A stretch of 64,000 nt of DNA from an uncultured bacterium (GTDB lineage: Bacteria; Verrucomicrobiota; Verrucomicrobiia; Limisphaerales; UBA8199): NCBI GenBank assembly GCA_963749495.1, contig CAVVMW010000014.1, positions 320,001 through 384,000 on the forward strand, given 5' to 3'. Under the pieces are notes generated by a model. The model searched no databases and was not told where the DNA came from. It was given only the letters and a program-made list of their open reading frames with translations. The translations under genes and the position numbers were made by a program. Shown here piece after piece: positions 52,133 to 61,878 of this stretch (positions within the stretch are counted from its first letter, which is position 1; every line of letters begins with the position of its first letter).

Positions 52133-53071
52133 ATGACATTGGGAGCGGGCCAGGCCGAAATGAGGGCCGCAGCATTGACCTCTCTTGCTGCGGCCGTGGT
52201 GCTGACCGGGCTGAAGATTGTCATCGGGCTGCTCAGCGGCAGCCTGGGCATCCTCGCCGAGGCGGCGCACTCCGGCATGGATTTTGTCGTCACCCTGGTG
52301 ACCTACCTTGCGATCCGGTTGTCGGGCAAGCCGCCGGACAGCGACCATCCCTACGGGCATGGGAAGGTGGAGCATCTGTCGGCGCTGTTTGAATCGCTGC
52401 TGCTGCTGCTGACTTGCGCCTGGATCATCCGTGAGTCGGCCCGCAGGCTGGCGGGGCAAGGCGTACACGTGGACGCCACCTGGTGGACCTTCGCGGTCAT
52501 GCTCGTCTCGGTTGCGGTCAACCTCTCCCGCTCCCGGATGCTTTACCGGGTGGCGGTGAAGAACCGCAGCCAGGCGCTGGAGGCCGACGCCCTGCACTTC
52601 CGGACGGACCTCTGGAGCTCGGCGGTCGTGCTTTTGGGTTTGGTGGGCGTAAAGATAGCATCCTGGTTCCCGAATCTGGGCTTTCTTGAAAAGACCGACG
52701 CCGTGGCGGCGCTCATTGTGGCGGTCATCGTGATCGGGGTCAGCGTCCGGCTCGGGTTGCGCACTATCGAGGGCCTGATGGACACCTCGCCGGCGGGGGC
52801 GGCCGAAAAGATCAAGGCCAAGGTCGAGAGCATCGGCGAAGTCAGGGATTGCCATGCCGTGCGGGTCCGGCATTCCGGGCCGCACTATTTTGTGGATCTC
52901 CACATCACCTTGGATGGCCGCCAACCGCTCCAGGATGCCCACGCTGTGACCGAGCGCGTCGAGCAGGCCGTGGGCGAAGTCCTGCCGGGCGCGGATGTGA
53001 CGGTGCATCCCGAGCCTACGGCTGTTTCAGGGGAGCCAGACCCGTCGGACCAATCGGACAGGTCCGGCTGA
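52133..53071 (+). CDS. Cation diffusion facilitator (FieF-like) transporter
   Basis: AEAAHSGMD, HPYGHGKVE, ADALHFRTD, VTVHPEP. Confidence 0.95.
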   Translation: MTLGAGQAEMRAAALTSLAAAVVLTGLKIVIGLLSGSLGILAEAAHSGMDFVVTLVTYLAIRLSGKPPDSDHPYGHGKVEHLSALFESLLLLLTCAWIIRESARRLAGQGVHVDATWWTFAVMLVSVAVNLSRSRMLYRVAVKNRSQALEADALHFRTDLWSSAVVLLGLVGVKIASWFPNLGFLEKTDAVAALIVAVIVIGVSVRLGLRTIEGLMDTSPAGAAEKIKAKVESIGEVRDCHAVRVRHSGPHYFVDLHITLDGRQPLQDAHAVTERVEQAVGEVLPGADVTVHPEPTAVSGEPDPSDQSDRSG

Positions 53072-53109
53072 GGTGAAGGCGCGCAAGCGGTCGAGGGCCA
53101 TCTCTATCG

Positions 53110-53400
53110 TAGAGCTTGTCCCAAAAGCTCTGATTCCGGAGCTTCGTCGCAGCCTTTGTCGGCACCTTTGTCGAGAAATGGCCAATCCGACAAAGGTTGC
53201 GGCAAAGGCTGCGACAAAGGTCCCCCACTCGCGGGGTTTTGGGACAGGCTCTATCTTAGAGCTTGTCCCAAAAGCTCTGATTCCAGACCTTCGTCGCAGC
53301 CTTTGTCGGCACCTTTGTCGAGAAATGGCCAATCCGACAAAGGTTGCGGCAAAGGCTGCGACAAAGGTCCCCCACTCGCGGGGTTTTGGGACAGGCTCTA
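53110..53400. mobile_element. Head-to-tail dimer of a 144 bp MITE-like element (TAGAGC.TGTCCCAAAA TIR, family E core)
   Basis: Copies 53110-53253 and 53257-53400, nearly identical, separated by TCT. Confidence 0.9.
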
Positions 53401-54357
53401 TCTTACTGCCGCCTCTTCGATGACCAGGTCCCCGCCGCGGGCCCCTCCAATGAGCGTCGCCCGCACGCCCACGGGCAGCGTGGCGTTGAGCGGGATGTGC
53501 CCGAAGGGCAGGCCCATGACCACGGGGACCCCGAGCGGGCGCAACCGCTCTGCGAACACGTCCTCGATGGTCTGGCGGTATTCCTTGCACTTCCGCGCCT
53601 TCGGGTCCTTGCAGCCTCGGTTGACGCCGATGGCAATGCCGGCCACCTGCTGCAAAAGACCCGCGTTGAGCAACTGGGTCAACATGCGGTCGAAGCAATA
53701 TGGGGCCTCGTTGAGGTCTTCGAAGAAAAAGATCTTGTTCCTGAATGAGGGCAGCCAGGCCGTGCCCACGGTGGCGCAGATGAGGCAGAGGTTGCCGCCG
53801 AGCAACGGCCCGGAGGCCTTCCCGGGCCGCAGGACCGAGACCGTTCGCCCCGGGTAGCCCTGGCAAATGCTCCCGGCGGGCGCGGGCTGCATGAGGGTCC
53901 TCGTGAAGCTCCGCCACGTGAAGTCCGGGAAGCTGTCCTTGATGAAATCCGAGTTGAGCATCGGGCCGTGAAAGGAGACGAGATTCGATTTCCTCAGCAG
54001 CGCCCAATGCAGGGAGGTGATGTCGCTGTATCCGATGAAGATCTTGGGGTGGACGCGGATGGCATTGAAATCGAGGAGAGACAGGAGCCGGGAGGAGCCG
54101 TAGCCGCCGCGCATCGAGACGATGGCCTTCACCTTGGGATCGGTGAACAGTCTCATGAGGTCGCCTGCGCGCTCGCGGTCTGTGCCGGCCAGGAAACCCC
54201 GGCGCTTGCGCACGTGGGGTGCGAGTTTGACCCGGAAGCCGAGCCGCTCCAGGACCGCGACCGAGCGGTCGATGGCCTTTGGGTCGGGCGGGGCGCTGGC
54301 CGGCGCCGCCACCCCGATAGTGTCTCCGTATTCCAGGCGGCCGGGGATAAGTGGCAT
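53398..54357 (-). CDS. LD-carboxypeptidase (S66, LdcA/MccF family)
   Basis: APAS, RGGYG, IGYSDIT, HGPM, GGNL, FFED..E, PFGH....TLPVG. Confidence 0.93.
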   Translation of the reverse strand: MPLIPGRLEYGDTIGVAAPASAPPDPKAIDRSVAVLERLGFRVKLAPHVRKRRGFLAGTDRERAGDLMRLFTDPKVKAIVSMRGGYGSSRLLSLLDFNAIRVHPKIFIGYSDITSLHWALLRKSNLVSFHGPMLNSDFIKDSFPDFTWRSFTRTLMQPAPAGSICQGYPGRTVSVLRPGKASGPLLGGNLCLICATVGTAWLPSFRNKIFFFEDLNEAPYCFDRMLTQLLNAGLLQQVAGIAIGVNRGCKDPKARKCKEYRQTIEDVFAERLRPLGVPVVMGLPFGHIPLNATLPVGVRATLIGGARGGDLVIEEAAVR

Positions 54358-54499
54358 GGCGGCTTGTAACTGTTCAGGTCGCGCACAGGAGCGCGGACGC
54401 CCCGTCCGCGCGTCTATCACCGCCAGAGCCGCGCGGACGAGGCGTCCGCGCTCCTATCCAACGGCACTGTTGACCCCAACCTGATGAGTCATGACGGCT

Positions 54500-54829
54500 T
54501 TAGGTCTGGCTCTGGGGCTCTGCCGGGGCCGGGGGCGGGGGCGGCGGCGCCGGGGCCGGTGGCGGAGCCGGGGGCGGGGTAGCTGAGGGTGTGGGGAGTT
54601 CGGCGGCCGGGGCAGGGCTCGCGACCGACGCGGGCGGGGCAACCGGGGCGGGCACGGCGGCCGGGGCGGGCGCGGCAACCGGGGCGGGCACGGCGGCCGG
54701 GGCGGGGGCCGCGGCGGGTGCGGGAGCAGGGGCTGGCGCGGGGGCCTTGGCTTTGGAGGCCACTCTTGTTCGTTTGATGTAGCGCTGACGGCGTTGGCGC
54801 TTCTCAACCTTGTTGGACTGCTTGCTCAT
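54500..54829 (-). CDS. Small protein with basic N-terminus and Pro/Ala repeat tail
   Basis: MSKQSNKVEKRQRRQRYIKR followed by (APAPAAVPAPVA) repeats; fills the gap between genes. Confidence 0.55.
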   Translation of the reverse strand: MSKQSNKVEKRQRRQRYIKRTRVASKAKAPAPAPAPAPAAAPAPAAVPAPVAAPAPAAVPAPVAPPASVASPAPAAELPTPSATPPPAPPPAPAPPPPPPAPAEPQSQT

Positions 54830-54873
54830 ATCTGTCTTTACTTTAGCGTCGTTTTAAGATTGTTTAGCGCACT

Positions 54874-55428
54874 ATGATGATTCGGTGGAATGGATTCAAT
54901 GTCTATTTGCTGTCGGCATTGGCATTGGCGATGGTCCAAATGTGCGGCTGCCGCAGTCCCGAGGGCAGGCGCGCCAAGGCCCTGAGCACCTTCCGGGTCT
55001 TTCTGGAGGCCAACCGCGACACCTCTGGGGCCCAGCCCATCTCCGTGTTCCGGGACAACCCCCAGACGGTCAACATCGAACGGGAGTCGTTTCTGAGCGA
55101 AGGCAATGTCTCCGAGGCGCGGATCACGGAGGCCGTAGGCGGTTTTGCGTTGCGCATCCGCCTGGATCGGCGCGGCACCTGGCTGCTGGAACAAGCCACC
55201 GTGGCCAACCACGGCAAGCACATGGTCATCTTCAGCCAATTCGCCAGCCCTACCCTGCCTAAACTCAACGAAAGCCGCTGGCTGGCCGCCGTGCTCATTT
55301 CCAACCGCATCTCGGATGGAGTGCTGCTCTTCACGGCCGATGCCAGCCGCGAAGAGGCCGCCCAGATCGTCGTCGGCCTCAACAACGCCGCCAGGAAAGC
55401 CGGCAACACCCCCGGCAAGCAGCAATGA
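54874..55428 (+). CDS. Lipoprotein with SecD/F periplasmic head-like domain
   Basis: Lipobox-like MCGC; FLSEGNVSEA...LRIRLDRRG..LLEQAT..NHGKHMVI..AAV....ISDG.L.FT..S.EEA..I. Confidence 0.6.
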   Translation: MMIRWNGFNVYLLSALALAMVQMCGCRSPEGRRAKALSTFRVFLEANRDTSGAQPISVFRDNPQTVNIERESFLSEGNVSEARITEAVGGFALRIRLDRRGTWLLEQATVANHGKHMVIFSQFASPTLPKLNESRWLAAVLISNRISDGVLLFTADASREEAAQIVVGLNNAARKAGNTPGKQQ

Positions 55429-55476
55429 GGCAACACGGCAATCGGTCAATGACGGCGGAACCGGAGTCCCCGGCGA

Positions 55477-55624
55477 ACCCCTCACCCCCGCCCTCTCCCC
55501 TTCGGAAGGGGAGAGGGAGAAGCGTCGGCAGTCTCTGGGAATTCCGGGTGTCTGCGCTTTCTCAAGCCGCTACCCGGAATTCTCCCTCTCCCCTTCGGAA
55601 GGGGAGAGGGTCGGGGTGAGGGGT
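55477..55624. repeat. Family F palindrome, copy 2
   Basis: ACCCCTCACCCCCGCCCTCTCCCCTTCGGAAGGGGAGAGGG...GGGGAGAGGGTCGGGGTGAGGGGT. Confidence 0.88.
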
Positions 55625-55677
55625 CTGCCCGGCGTGTCGCCCCCGCCTTCACAGAGGCATCACGCAAGACCTTTTTC

Positions 55678-57072
55678 ATGACATCCGAGTCCCAGGTAGA
55701 GACGAGAGGGCCCGCTGAGGCCCAAGGGGCGTTGCCGCGCAGGTTCGGCCTGCTCCAGGCCACGGCGCTGAACATGTCCACGATGATCGGGGTTGGCCCG
55801 TTCATCACGATCCCGGTGTTGACGGCCTCGATGGGCGGGCCGCAGGCCCTGCTGGGGTGGGTGGCCGGGCTGGTCATTGCCAGCGCCGACGGCCTGGTTT
55901 GGAGCGAGCTGGGCGCGGCCATGCCCGGTTCCGGCGGCTCCTATCTTTACCTGCGCGACGCCTTCGGCCGGCAGGGCCTGGGGCGGGCCATGGCGTTCCT
56001 GTTCATTTGGCAATTCCTGCTCAGCGGCCCGCTGGAGATCGCCTCGGGATACATCGGCTTCGCACAATACGCCCGCTACCTCTGGCCGGCGATGACTCCA
56101 GTGCAGGGACGGCTGCTCATGGCCGGGCTCGGCGTGCTGGTCGTGGCGCTGCTCTACCGCCAAATCACAGCCGTGGGCCGGCTCACCGTCTGGCTGTGGG
56201 CCGGCACGCTCCTGACGGTCGGCGTGGTCGTGGTGAGCGGGCCGTTTCATTTCGACCCGAAGCTCGCGTTCGACTTTCCGCCCGGGGCCTTCACCCTCTC
56301 GCTGGGCTTCTTCATGGGATTGGGCGGGGCGTCCCGCGTGGCAATGTATGATTATCTCGGCTATTATGACATCTGCTACATCGGCGAGGAGGTCAAGGAA
56401 CCCGGCCGAGTGATCCCCCGCTCCATCCTGATCAGCCTGGGTGCCGTGGCCCTGATTTATCTGCTGATGAACCTCGCCATCCTCGGGGTCGTCCCCTGGC
56501 GCGATTTCGTTCCGCGCGCCGGGGCGACGATGCCGGACCCGCCTCCGCCGGTCGTCTCGTGGTTTATCGAAAGGCTCTATGGCGGCGGCGTGGCGAAGGT
56601 CTTTACCATCATGGTGCTCTGGACCGCCCTTGCCAGCCTCTTCGGGCTGGTCCTGGGCTATTCGCGCATTCCTTTTGCCGCGGCGCGGGATGGCAACTTC
56701 TTCAGCGTGTTCGGCCGGGTCCACCCGCGCAAGGACTTCCCGCACGTCTCGCTGCTGCTGATTGGCGGGTTGGCAGTGGTCTGTACGCTCCTGCCGCTCA
56801 TGACCGTCATCGAGGCGCTTCTGGCCATGCGCATCCTCGTCCAGTTCGTGGGCCAGATCGGCGCCCTGGTCTGGCTGCGCCGCCATTCCCCCCAGCTCGA
56901 ACGCCCCTTCCGGATGTGGCTCTATCCCCTGCCCGCCCTGGTGGCCCTGGCCGGATGGGCCTTCCTGTTCGCGACCAGCGGACCCATCACCATCCTGGGC
57001 TCCCTGGCCATCCTGGCCGTTGGACTCGTGTTCTACCTGCTCTGGTCAAGGGGCGCCGCGGCCAGGAGGTAG
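55678..57072 (+). CDS. APC family amino acid permease
   Basis: MIGVGPFITIP, SELGAAMPGSGGSY.YL, GYYDICYIGEEVKEP, RPFRMWLYP; about 12 TM segments. Confidence 0.92.
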   Translation: MTSESQVETRGPAEAQGALPRRFGLLQATALNMSTMIGVGPFITIPVLTASMGGPQALLGWVAGLVIASADGLVWSELGAAMPGSGGSYLYLRDAFGRQGLGRAMAFLFIWQFLLSGPLEIASGYIGFAQYARYLWPAMTPVQGRLLMAGLGVLVVALLYRQITAVGRLTVWLWAGTLLTVGVVVVSGPFHFDPKLAFDFPPGAFTLSLGFFMGLGGASRVAMYDYLGYYDICYIGEEVKEPGRVIPRSILISLGAVALIYLLMNLAILGVVPWRDFVPRAGATMPDPPPPVVSWFIERLYGGGVAKVFTIMVLWTALASLFGLVLGYSRIPFAAARDGNFFSVFGRVHPRKDFPHVSLLLIGGLAVVCTLLPLMTVIEALLAMRILVQFVGQIGALVWLRRHSPQLERPFRMWLYPLPALVALAGWAFLFATSGPITILGSLAILAVGLVFYLLWSRGAAARR

Positions 57073-57155
57073 GGCGCCGGAGCGGCTGGCAAAAAATGTT
57101 TGGCGCAACAAGGCGGTGGGTGTAGCGCCTTCTTCCACGAGCGCCGCGAGTCCGG

Positions 57156-57238
57156 ACCTTTGTCGCAACCTTTGTCGCAACCTTTGTCGGGTTGGCCATG
57201 CCTCGACAAAGGTTGCGACAAAGGTTGCGACAAAGGTC
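57156..57238. repeat. Family E inverted 12-mer arrays
   Basis: (ACCTTTGTCGCA)n ... (TGCGACAAAGGT)n. Confidence 0.9.
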
Positions 57239-57373
57239 TCGGATCGGAGCTTCCAGGTGGATTGTGCCAGCCGCTCTAAAGGACACCCAGAGGATTCTGC
57301 TTTCATCAGGCGGGCGGGCGATGTATAAGCGGAACCACATGAAACTGTTATCTGCCGGCAAAGATCCGAGCCT

Positions 57374-57850
57374 ATGAAGATCTCCTTCAACCTCAACGGC
57401 AAGCCCGTCAGCCTGGACGTGGATGGGCAGCGCCCGTTGCTGTGGGTGCTGCGGAGCGACCTGGGGCTGACGGGGACAAAATTCGGGTGCGGGGAAGGCC
57501 ACTGCGGCTCCTGCACGGTCCTGCTCGACAAGGTGGCCGTGCGCTCCTGCCTCCTCAAGGCCAAGGACGCCGCCGACAAAGCGCTCGTCACCATCGAGGG
57601 CCTGGCCGCCAACGGGAAGCTCCACCCGCTGCAGCGGGCCTTCATCGCGCACGACGCGATGCAATGCGGCTACTGCACCCCGGGGATGCTCCTGACCGCC
57701 TGCGCATTGCTGGCCGCCAATCCTACCCCCTCTCGCCCTGAGATCATCCGCGCCCTGGACCAGAACCTCTGCCGTTGCGGCGCCCATACCCGCATCCTCG
57801 ATGCCGTCCAGAGCGCCGCCGCCCAACTCAAAGGAGCCCAACCGCTATGA
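57374..57850 (+). CDS. (2Fe-2S) small subunit of Mo-dependent oxidoreductase (CoxS/IorA-like)
   Basis: GTKFGCGEGHCGSCTV, QCGYCTPG, NLCRCG. Confidence 0.95.
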   Translation: MKISFNLNGKPVSLDVDGQRPLLWVLRSDLGLTGTKFGCGEGHCGSCTVLLDKVAVRSCLLKAKDAADKALVTIEGLAANGKLHPLQRAFIAHDAMQCGYCTPGMLLTACALLAANPTPSRPEIIRALDQNLCRCGAHTRILDAVQSAAAQLKGAQPL

Positions 57851-60063
57851 ACCACCAAGACATCCAGGCACTGGATTTCCAGGACCGGGCGCCTGTCGCG
57901 GCCCCGACAGCGCGCAGGCAGGATGCCTGTGCCACACCGGCCCCGACACCGGGCAACCGGCGCGAATTCCTCAAGCAGTTCGGCGCCGGCATCATCATCT
58001 TTGTGTCGCTGGGCGATCTCGACCTCGGTTTGGCGGCGCAGGCCGCCCGCCAGCGCGGCGGGCGCGGCGGCGGCTTGCCAGCCGACTTCAACGCCTTCCT
58101 CAAGATTGGCGAAGATGGGCGGGTCACATGCTTCACGGGCAAGATCGAGATGGGCCAGGGACCGATCACCTCGCTGCCGCAGATGCTGGCGGAGGAGTTG
58201 GAGACGCCCATCGAGACGGTGGATATCGTCATGGGCGACACCGACCGATGCCCCTGGGACATGGGCACGTTTGGCTCGATGACGACCCCCGTTTTCGGCC
58301 CGGCCTTGCAGCGGGCAGCCGCCCAGGCAAAGGCCGTCCTGCTCGAACTGGCGGCCGACTCCCTCAAGCTGCCCCAGTCCCAACTGGCGGTCAAAGACGG
58401 CGTCATCTTCGATCAGCAGAACAAGGAGCACCGGGTCACCTACGGCCAATTGGCCAAAGGCCGGCGAATCGAGCGGCGCCTGGAGGGCAAGGAGGTGCTC
58501 AAGGCCGTCTCCGAATACAAAATCATCGGCAAGCCGATGTTGCGCCGTGACGCCGAAGTCAAGGTCACCGGCCAGGCGCAGTTCGCGGGTGACATGCGGC
58601 TGCCCGGCATGCTCTATGCCCGGCTGGTAAGGCCGCCTGCCCATGGCGCCAAACTCCGAAGCGCCGACCTGGATGCCTGCAAACAACTGCCCGGCGTGCA
58701 GGTGATCCAGGAGGATGACCTGGTGGCCGTGTTGCACGAATTGCCCGACGTGGCCGAGGCGGCGCTGGAGAAGGTCAAGGCCCAGTTTGATGTGCCCGAA
58801 GCCAAGGTGGACGACCAGAACATCTTCGAGCACCTCGAGAAAGTCGCGCCCGGGCCGAGCGTCCTGGCCCACGGCGGCGACCTCGACGAAGGCCGGAAAC
58901 TGGCCGCCAAGACCTTCCAGCGGACCTACCTGGACAGCTATGTCGCCCATGCAACCATCGAAACCCACACCGCCCTGGCCAGCATAGAGGGCGAGAAGGC
59001 GACCGTTTGGGCCTCGACCCAGAACCCGTTCGGCGCCCAGCGGGAGATAGCACAGGCCCTCGGGTTCTCGCCGCAGAATGTCCGGGTCATCGCCCCGTTC
59101 GTCGGCGGCGGTTTTGGCGGCAAGACGCAAAATTCCCAGGCCGTCGAGGCTGCCCGCCTCGCCAAGCTCGTCGGCAAACCCGTCCAGGTCTGCCGCACGC
59201 GCCAGGAGGAGTTCTTCTACGACACCTTCCGCCCGGCGGCCATTATCAAGCTGGATTCGGGCATCGACAGCGCCGGCAAGATCACTTTCTGGGACTACGA
59301 GGTCTTTTACGCCGGCTCCAGGGGCGCCGGCCAGTTCTATGCCGTGCCTCACCACCGCACGACCGCGCGCGGCGCCGGCTGGACCGGCCCGCCCGGCTCG
59401 CACCCCTTCGCCACGGGCGCCTGGCGCGCCCCGGGCAACAGCTCCAACACCTTCGCCCGCGAATCGCAGATCGATCTCATGGCCGCCGCAGCGGGCATCG
59501 ACCCGGTCGAGTTCCGCCTCAACAACCTGGCCGACAAGAGAATGATCCGCGCGCTCAAGGCCGCTGCGGAACGTTTCGGCTGGACTCCCGCCAAGGCCCC
59601 CAGCAAACGCGGCTACGGCGTCGCCTGCGGAACCGACGCGGGAGCCTGCGTCGCCGCCATCGCCGAAGTCGCCGTGGATGCCGCAAAAGGGGCTGTCCAG
59701 GTCAAACGCGTGGTGTACGGCGTGGACCTGGGCCTGGTAGTCAACCCCGAGGGCGCCAGGCTCCAGATCGAGGGGTCCATCACCATGGGCATGGGATACG
59801 CCCTCACCGAGCAGGTCCATTTCAAAGGCGGCCAGGTCCTCGATACCGGGTTCGACACTTACGAGTTGCCTCGCTTTTCCTGGGTCCCCGGGATCGAAAT
59901 CGTGCTCATTGACGCAAAAGAGACTCCCCCGCAGGGCGGGGGCGAACCGGCCATCATCCTCATGGGCGCCCTCATCGCCAACGCCATCCACGACGCCACC
60001 GGCGCCCGCCTGCTGCGCATGCCCATGACCCGCGAACGAGTCAAGCTGGCATTGGCAGGGTGA
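57847..60063 (+). CDS. Xanthine dehydrogenase-family molybdopterin-binding subunit (IorB/NicB-like), Tat motif
   Basis: NRREFLK; KIEMGQG; KVTGQAQF; VGGGFGGK; WRAPG; QIEGSI; GGGEP. Confidence 0.92.
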   Translation: MNHQDIQALDFQDRAPVAAPTARRQDACATPAPTPGNRREFLKQFGAGIIIFVSLGDLDLGLAAQAARQRGGRGGGLPADFNAFLKIGEDGRVTCFTGKIEMGQGPITSLPQMLAEELETPIETVDIVMGDTDRCPWDMGTFGSMTTPVFGPALQRAAAQAKAVLLELAADSLKLPQSQLAVKDGVIFDQQNKEHRVTYGQLAKGRRIERRLEGKEVLKAVSEYKIIGKPMLRRDAEVKVTGQAQFAGDMRLPGMLYARLVRPPAHGAKLRSADLDACKQLPGVQVIQEDDLVAVLHELPDVAEAALEKVKAQFDVPEAKVDDQNIFEHLEKVAPGPSVLAHGGDLDEGRKLAAKTFQRTYLDSYVAHATIETHTALASIEGEKATVWASTQNPFGAQREIAQALGFSPQNVRVIAPFVGGGFGGKTQNSQAVEAARLAKLVGKPVQVCRTRQEEFFYDTFRPAAIIKLDSGIDSAGKITFWDYEVFYAGSRGAGQFYAVPHHRTTARGAGWTGPPGSHPFATGAWRAPGNSSNTFARESQIDLMAAAAGIDPVEFRLNNLADKRMIRALKAAAERFGWTPAKAPSKRGYGVACGTDAGACVAAIAEVAVDAAKGAVQVKRVVYGVDLGLVVNPEGARLQIEGSITMGMGYALTEQVHFKGGQVLDTGFDTYELPRFSWVPGIEIVLIDAKETPPQGGGEPAIILMGALIANAIHDATGARLLRMPMTRERVKLALAG

Positions 60064-60095
60064 TCCCTCTTCAATCCAATGGACAGGAGTCACCC

Positions 60096-60240
60096 GAATG
60101 ACGAATGACGAATGACGAATGACGAATGACGAATGACGAATGACGAATGACGAATGACGAATGACGAATGACGAAACTGCACACCGATCCACCGATTTTG
60201 CCATTCGTCATTCGTCATTCGTCATTCGTCATTCGTTATT
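60096..60240. repeat. Inverted heptamer arrays (AATGACG) x~11 ... (TCGTCAT) x~5
   Basis: Between convergent Mo-subunit and obgE genes; the right array overlaps the obgE stop. Confidence 0.95.
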
Positions 60241-61416
60241 CACGCTTCCCGCCTCTTGGACTTCCTGGCGGATGCGCTGCTTGAAGTCCTCGATGCCCTC
60301 GTCGAAGGCGGCGGCCATGGGCATGACACCGGTCTTGGGGATGCGGCGCTTGAATTTCCTGAGGTTTTCGGCGCCGACCGGCTCGTCCATCTTGTTGGCC
60401 ACGACGAGGCGGGGTTTTTGCACCAGGCCCGGATCGTAAAGTTCGAGCTCGGCGAGCAGGTTTCTGTAGTCGTCCCAGGGCGCGCGCCCATCGGCGCCGG
60501 CCATGTCGAGCAGGAGCACCAGCACCTGGCAGCGTTCGATGTGGCGGAGGAACTTGTGGCCCAGGCCCACGTTGCGATGGGCGCCCTCGATGAGGCCCGG
60601 CACGTCGCAGACCGTCAGCCGGTGCAAATCGGGATATTCGACGATCCCGATCTGCGGGTGGAGCGTCGTGAAGGGATAAGGGGCGACCTTGGGGCGGGCG
60701 CGGGAGATGGCGGTCAGGAGGGTCGATTTGCCGGCGTTGGGATAGCCCACCAGGCCGACCTGTGCGATGATGCGCAATTCGAGCAGGAACTCCCCTTCCT
60801 GCCCCGGTTCGCCCGGCTGGGCGAAGCGCGGGGCCTGGCGGGCAGACGTGGCGAAGTTGCGATTGCCCAGCCCGCCGCGCCCCCCGCGGCACAGCACAAA
60901 CCGCTGGCCGTCCGCCGTGAGATCGGCCACCAACTCGCCCTGGGCCCGCGGGCCGGGCGCGGAGAGTTCCTGTGCCGGTTCCGAGGCCAAGTCCACCTCG
61001 CGGGCGCGTGCGCCGGCAGTGGTGCGGAAGGTGGGGCGGCCCGTCGAGGCCAGCGGCAGCTCCGCTCGGCCTTCAACCGGCCCGGACAGCCCGGCCCCGG
61101 CCGTGGCCCCCTCCCCCGGACTCAAGCCCCAAACCAGAGTGCCGCAGGGCACCTTGACCATCAGGTCCGGGCCCGCGTGGCCGTCCATCCCCTTGCCTAG
61201 CCCCATCTGGCCGTCCGGCGCCAGCAGACGCGCCTGGTAGTACTGGGCGATCAAATTGTTCAGGTCATGGTCCGCCTCCAGCACCACGTCGCCCCCGCGT
61301 CCGCCGTTGCCGCCGCTCGGACCGCCTTTGGGCCGGAACTTCTCCCGCTGAAACGCCACGCAGCCTTTGCCGCCATGGCCCGCCCGCGCGTAAATCTTGA
61401 TCTCGTCGATGAACAT
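60229..61416 (-). CDS. obgE: GTPase ObgE/CgtA
   Basis: MFIDEIKI..GGKG..F.REK..PKGGP.GG.GG.GG, GYPNAGKSTL, YPFTTL, DVPGLIEGA, NKMD. Confidence 0.97.
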   Translation of the reverse strand: MFIDEIKIYARAGHGGKGCVAFQREKFRPKGGPSGGNGGRGGDVVLEADHDLNNLIAQYYQARLLAPDGQMGLGKGMDGHAGPDLMVKVPCGTLVWGLSPGEGATAGAGLSGPVEGRAELPLASTGRPTFRTTAGARAREVDLASEPAQELSAPGPRAQGELVADLTADGQRFVLCRGGRGGLGNRNFATSARQAPRFAQPGEPGQEGEFLLELRIIAQVGLVGYPNAGKSTLLTAISRARPKVAPYPFTTLHPQIGIVEYPDLHRLTVCDVPGLIEGAHRNVGLGHKFLRHIERCQVLVLLLDMAGADGRAPWDDYRNLLAELELYDPGLVQKPRLVVANKMDEPVGAENLRKFKRRIPKTGVMPMAAAFDEGIEDFKQRIRQEVQEAGSVNNE

Positions 61417-61439
61417 TTGAAAATGAGTACCTGTTCAGG

Positions 61440-61556
61440 TGTGGGGCAGACCTCCCGGCCTGCCGGTTCACGGAGCCTCCGGCTCCGTGTGCTTGGCCTG
61501 CGCAAGACTCGGGGCCAGAGGCCCCTCTAACCGGCAGACCAGAGGTCTGCCCCACA
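61440..61556. repeat. Palindromic element (family I)
   Basis: TGTGGGGCAGACCTC.CGGCCTGCCGGTT...AACCGGCAGACCAGAGGTCTGCCCCACA. Confidence 0.8.
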
Positions 61557-61562
61557 GTTGCG

Positions 61563-61595
61563 AAAACGAAAACGGCGAGGCCGGGGCCTCGCCGC
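61563..61595 (-). terminator. Intrinsic terminator downstream of rpmA
   Basis: Minus strand GCGGCGAGGC-cccg-GCCTCGCCGT followed by TTTCGTTTT. Confidence 0.7.
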
Positions 61596-61614
61596 TCCAG
61601 AATTGCCTGTCCGC

Positions 61615-61878
61615 TCAACTGGTCGCCGGAAAGGGTGCCGCCACGATGTTCACGCGGTGGCTGTCCTTGTCGAACGCCACCTTGCCGTCCACCAGCGCGA
61701 AGAGCGTCCAGTCGCGGCCGGTGCCGACATTCTGGCCGGCGATGAATTTGGTGCCGCGCTGCCGGACCAGGATGCTGCCGGCGGTGACGAATTGGCCGCC
61801 GAACCGCTTGACGCCCAGGCGCTTGCTGACGCTGTCGCGGCCGTTGCGGACGCTGCCTTGACCTTTCTTATGTGCCAT
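61615..61878 (-). CDS. rpmA: 50S ribosomal protein L27
   Basis: [46 protein letters not shown]. Confidence 0.98.
   Translation of the reverse strand: MAHKKGQGSVRNGRDSVSKRLGVKRFGGQFVTAGSILVRQRGTKFIAGQNVGTGRDWTLFALVDGKVAFDKDSHRVNIVAAPFPATS

Noticed and set aside
53110..53400. Possible CRISPR array (also the 12-mer arrays at 26873, 41107 and 57156)
   Set aside because: There are no unique spacers between identical 23-47 bp repeats; the units are whole duplications or inverted tandem arrays, and no cas genes are present.
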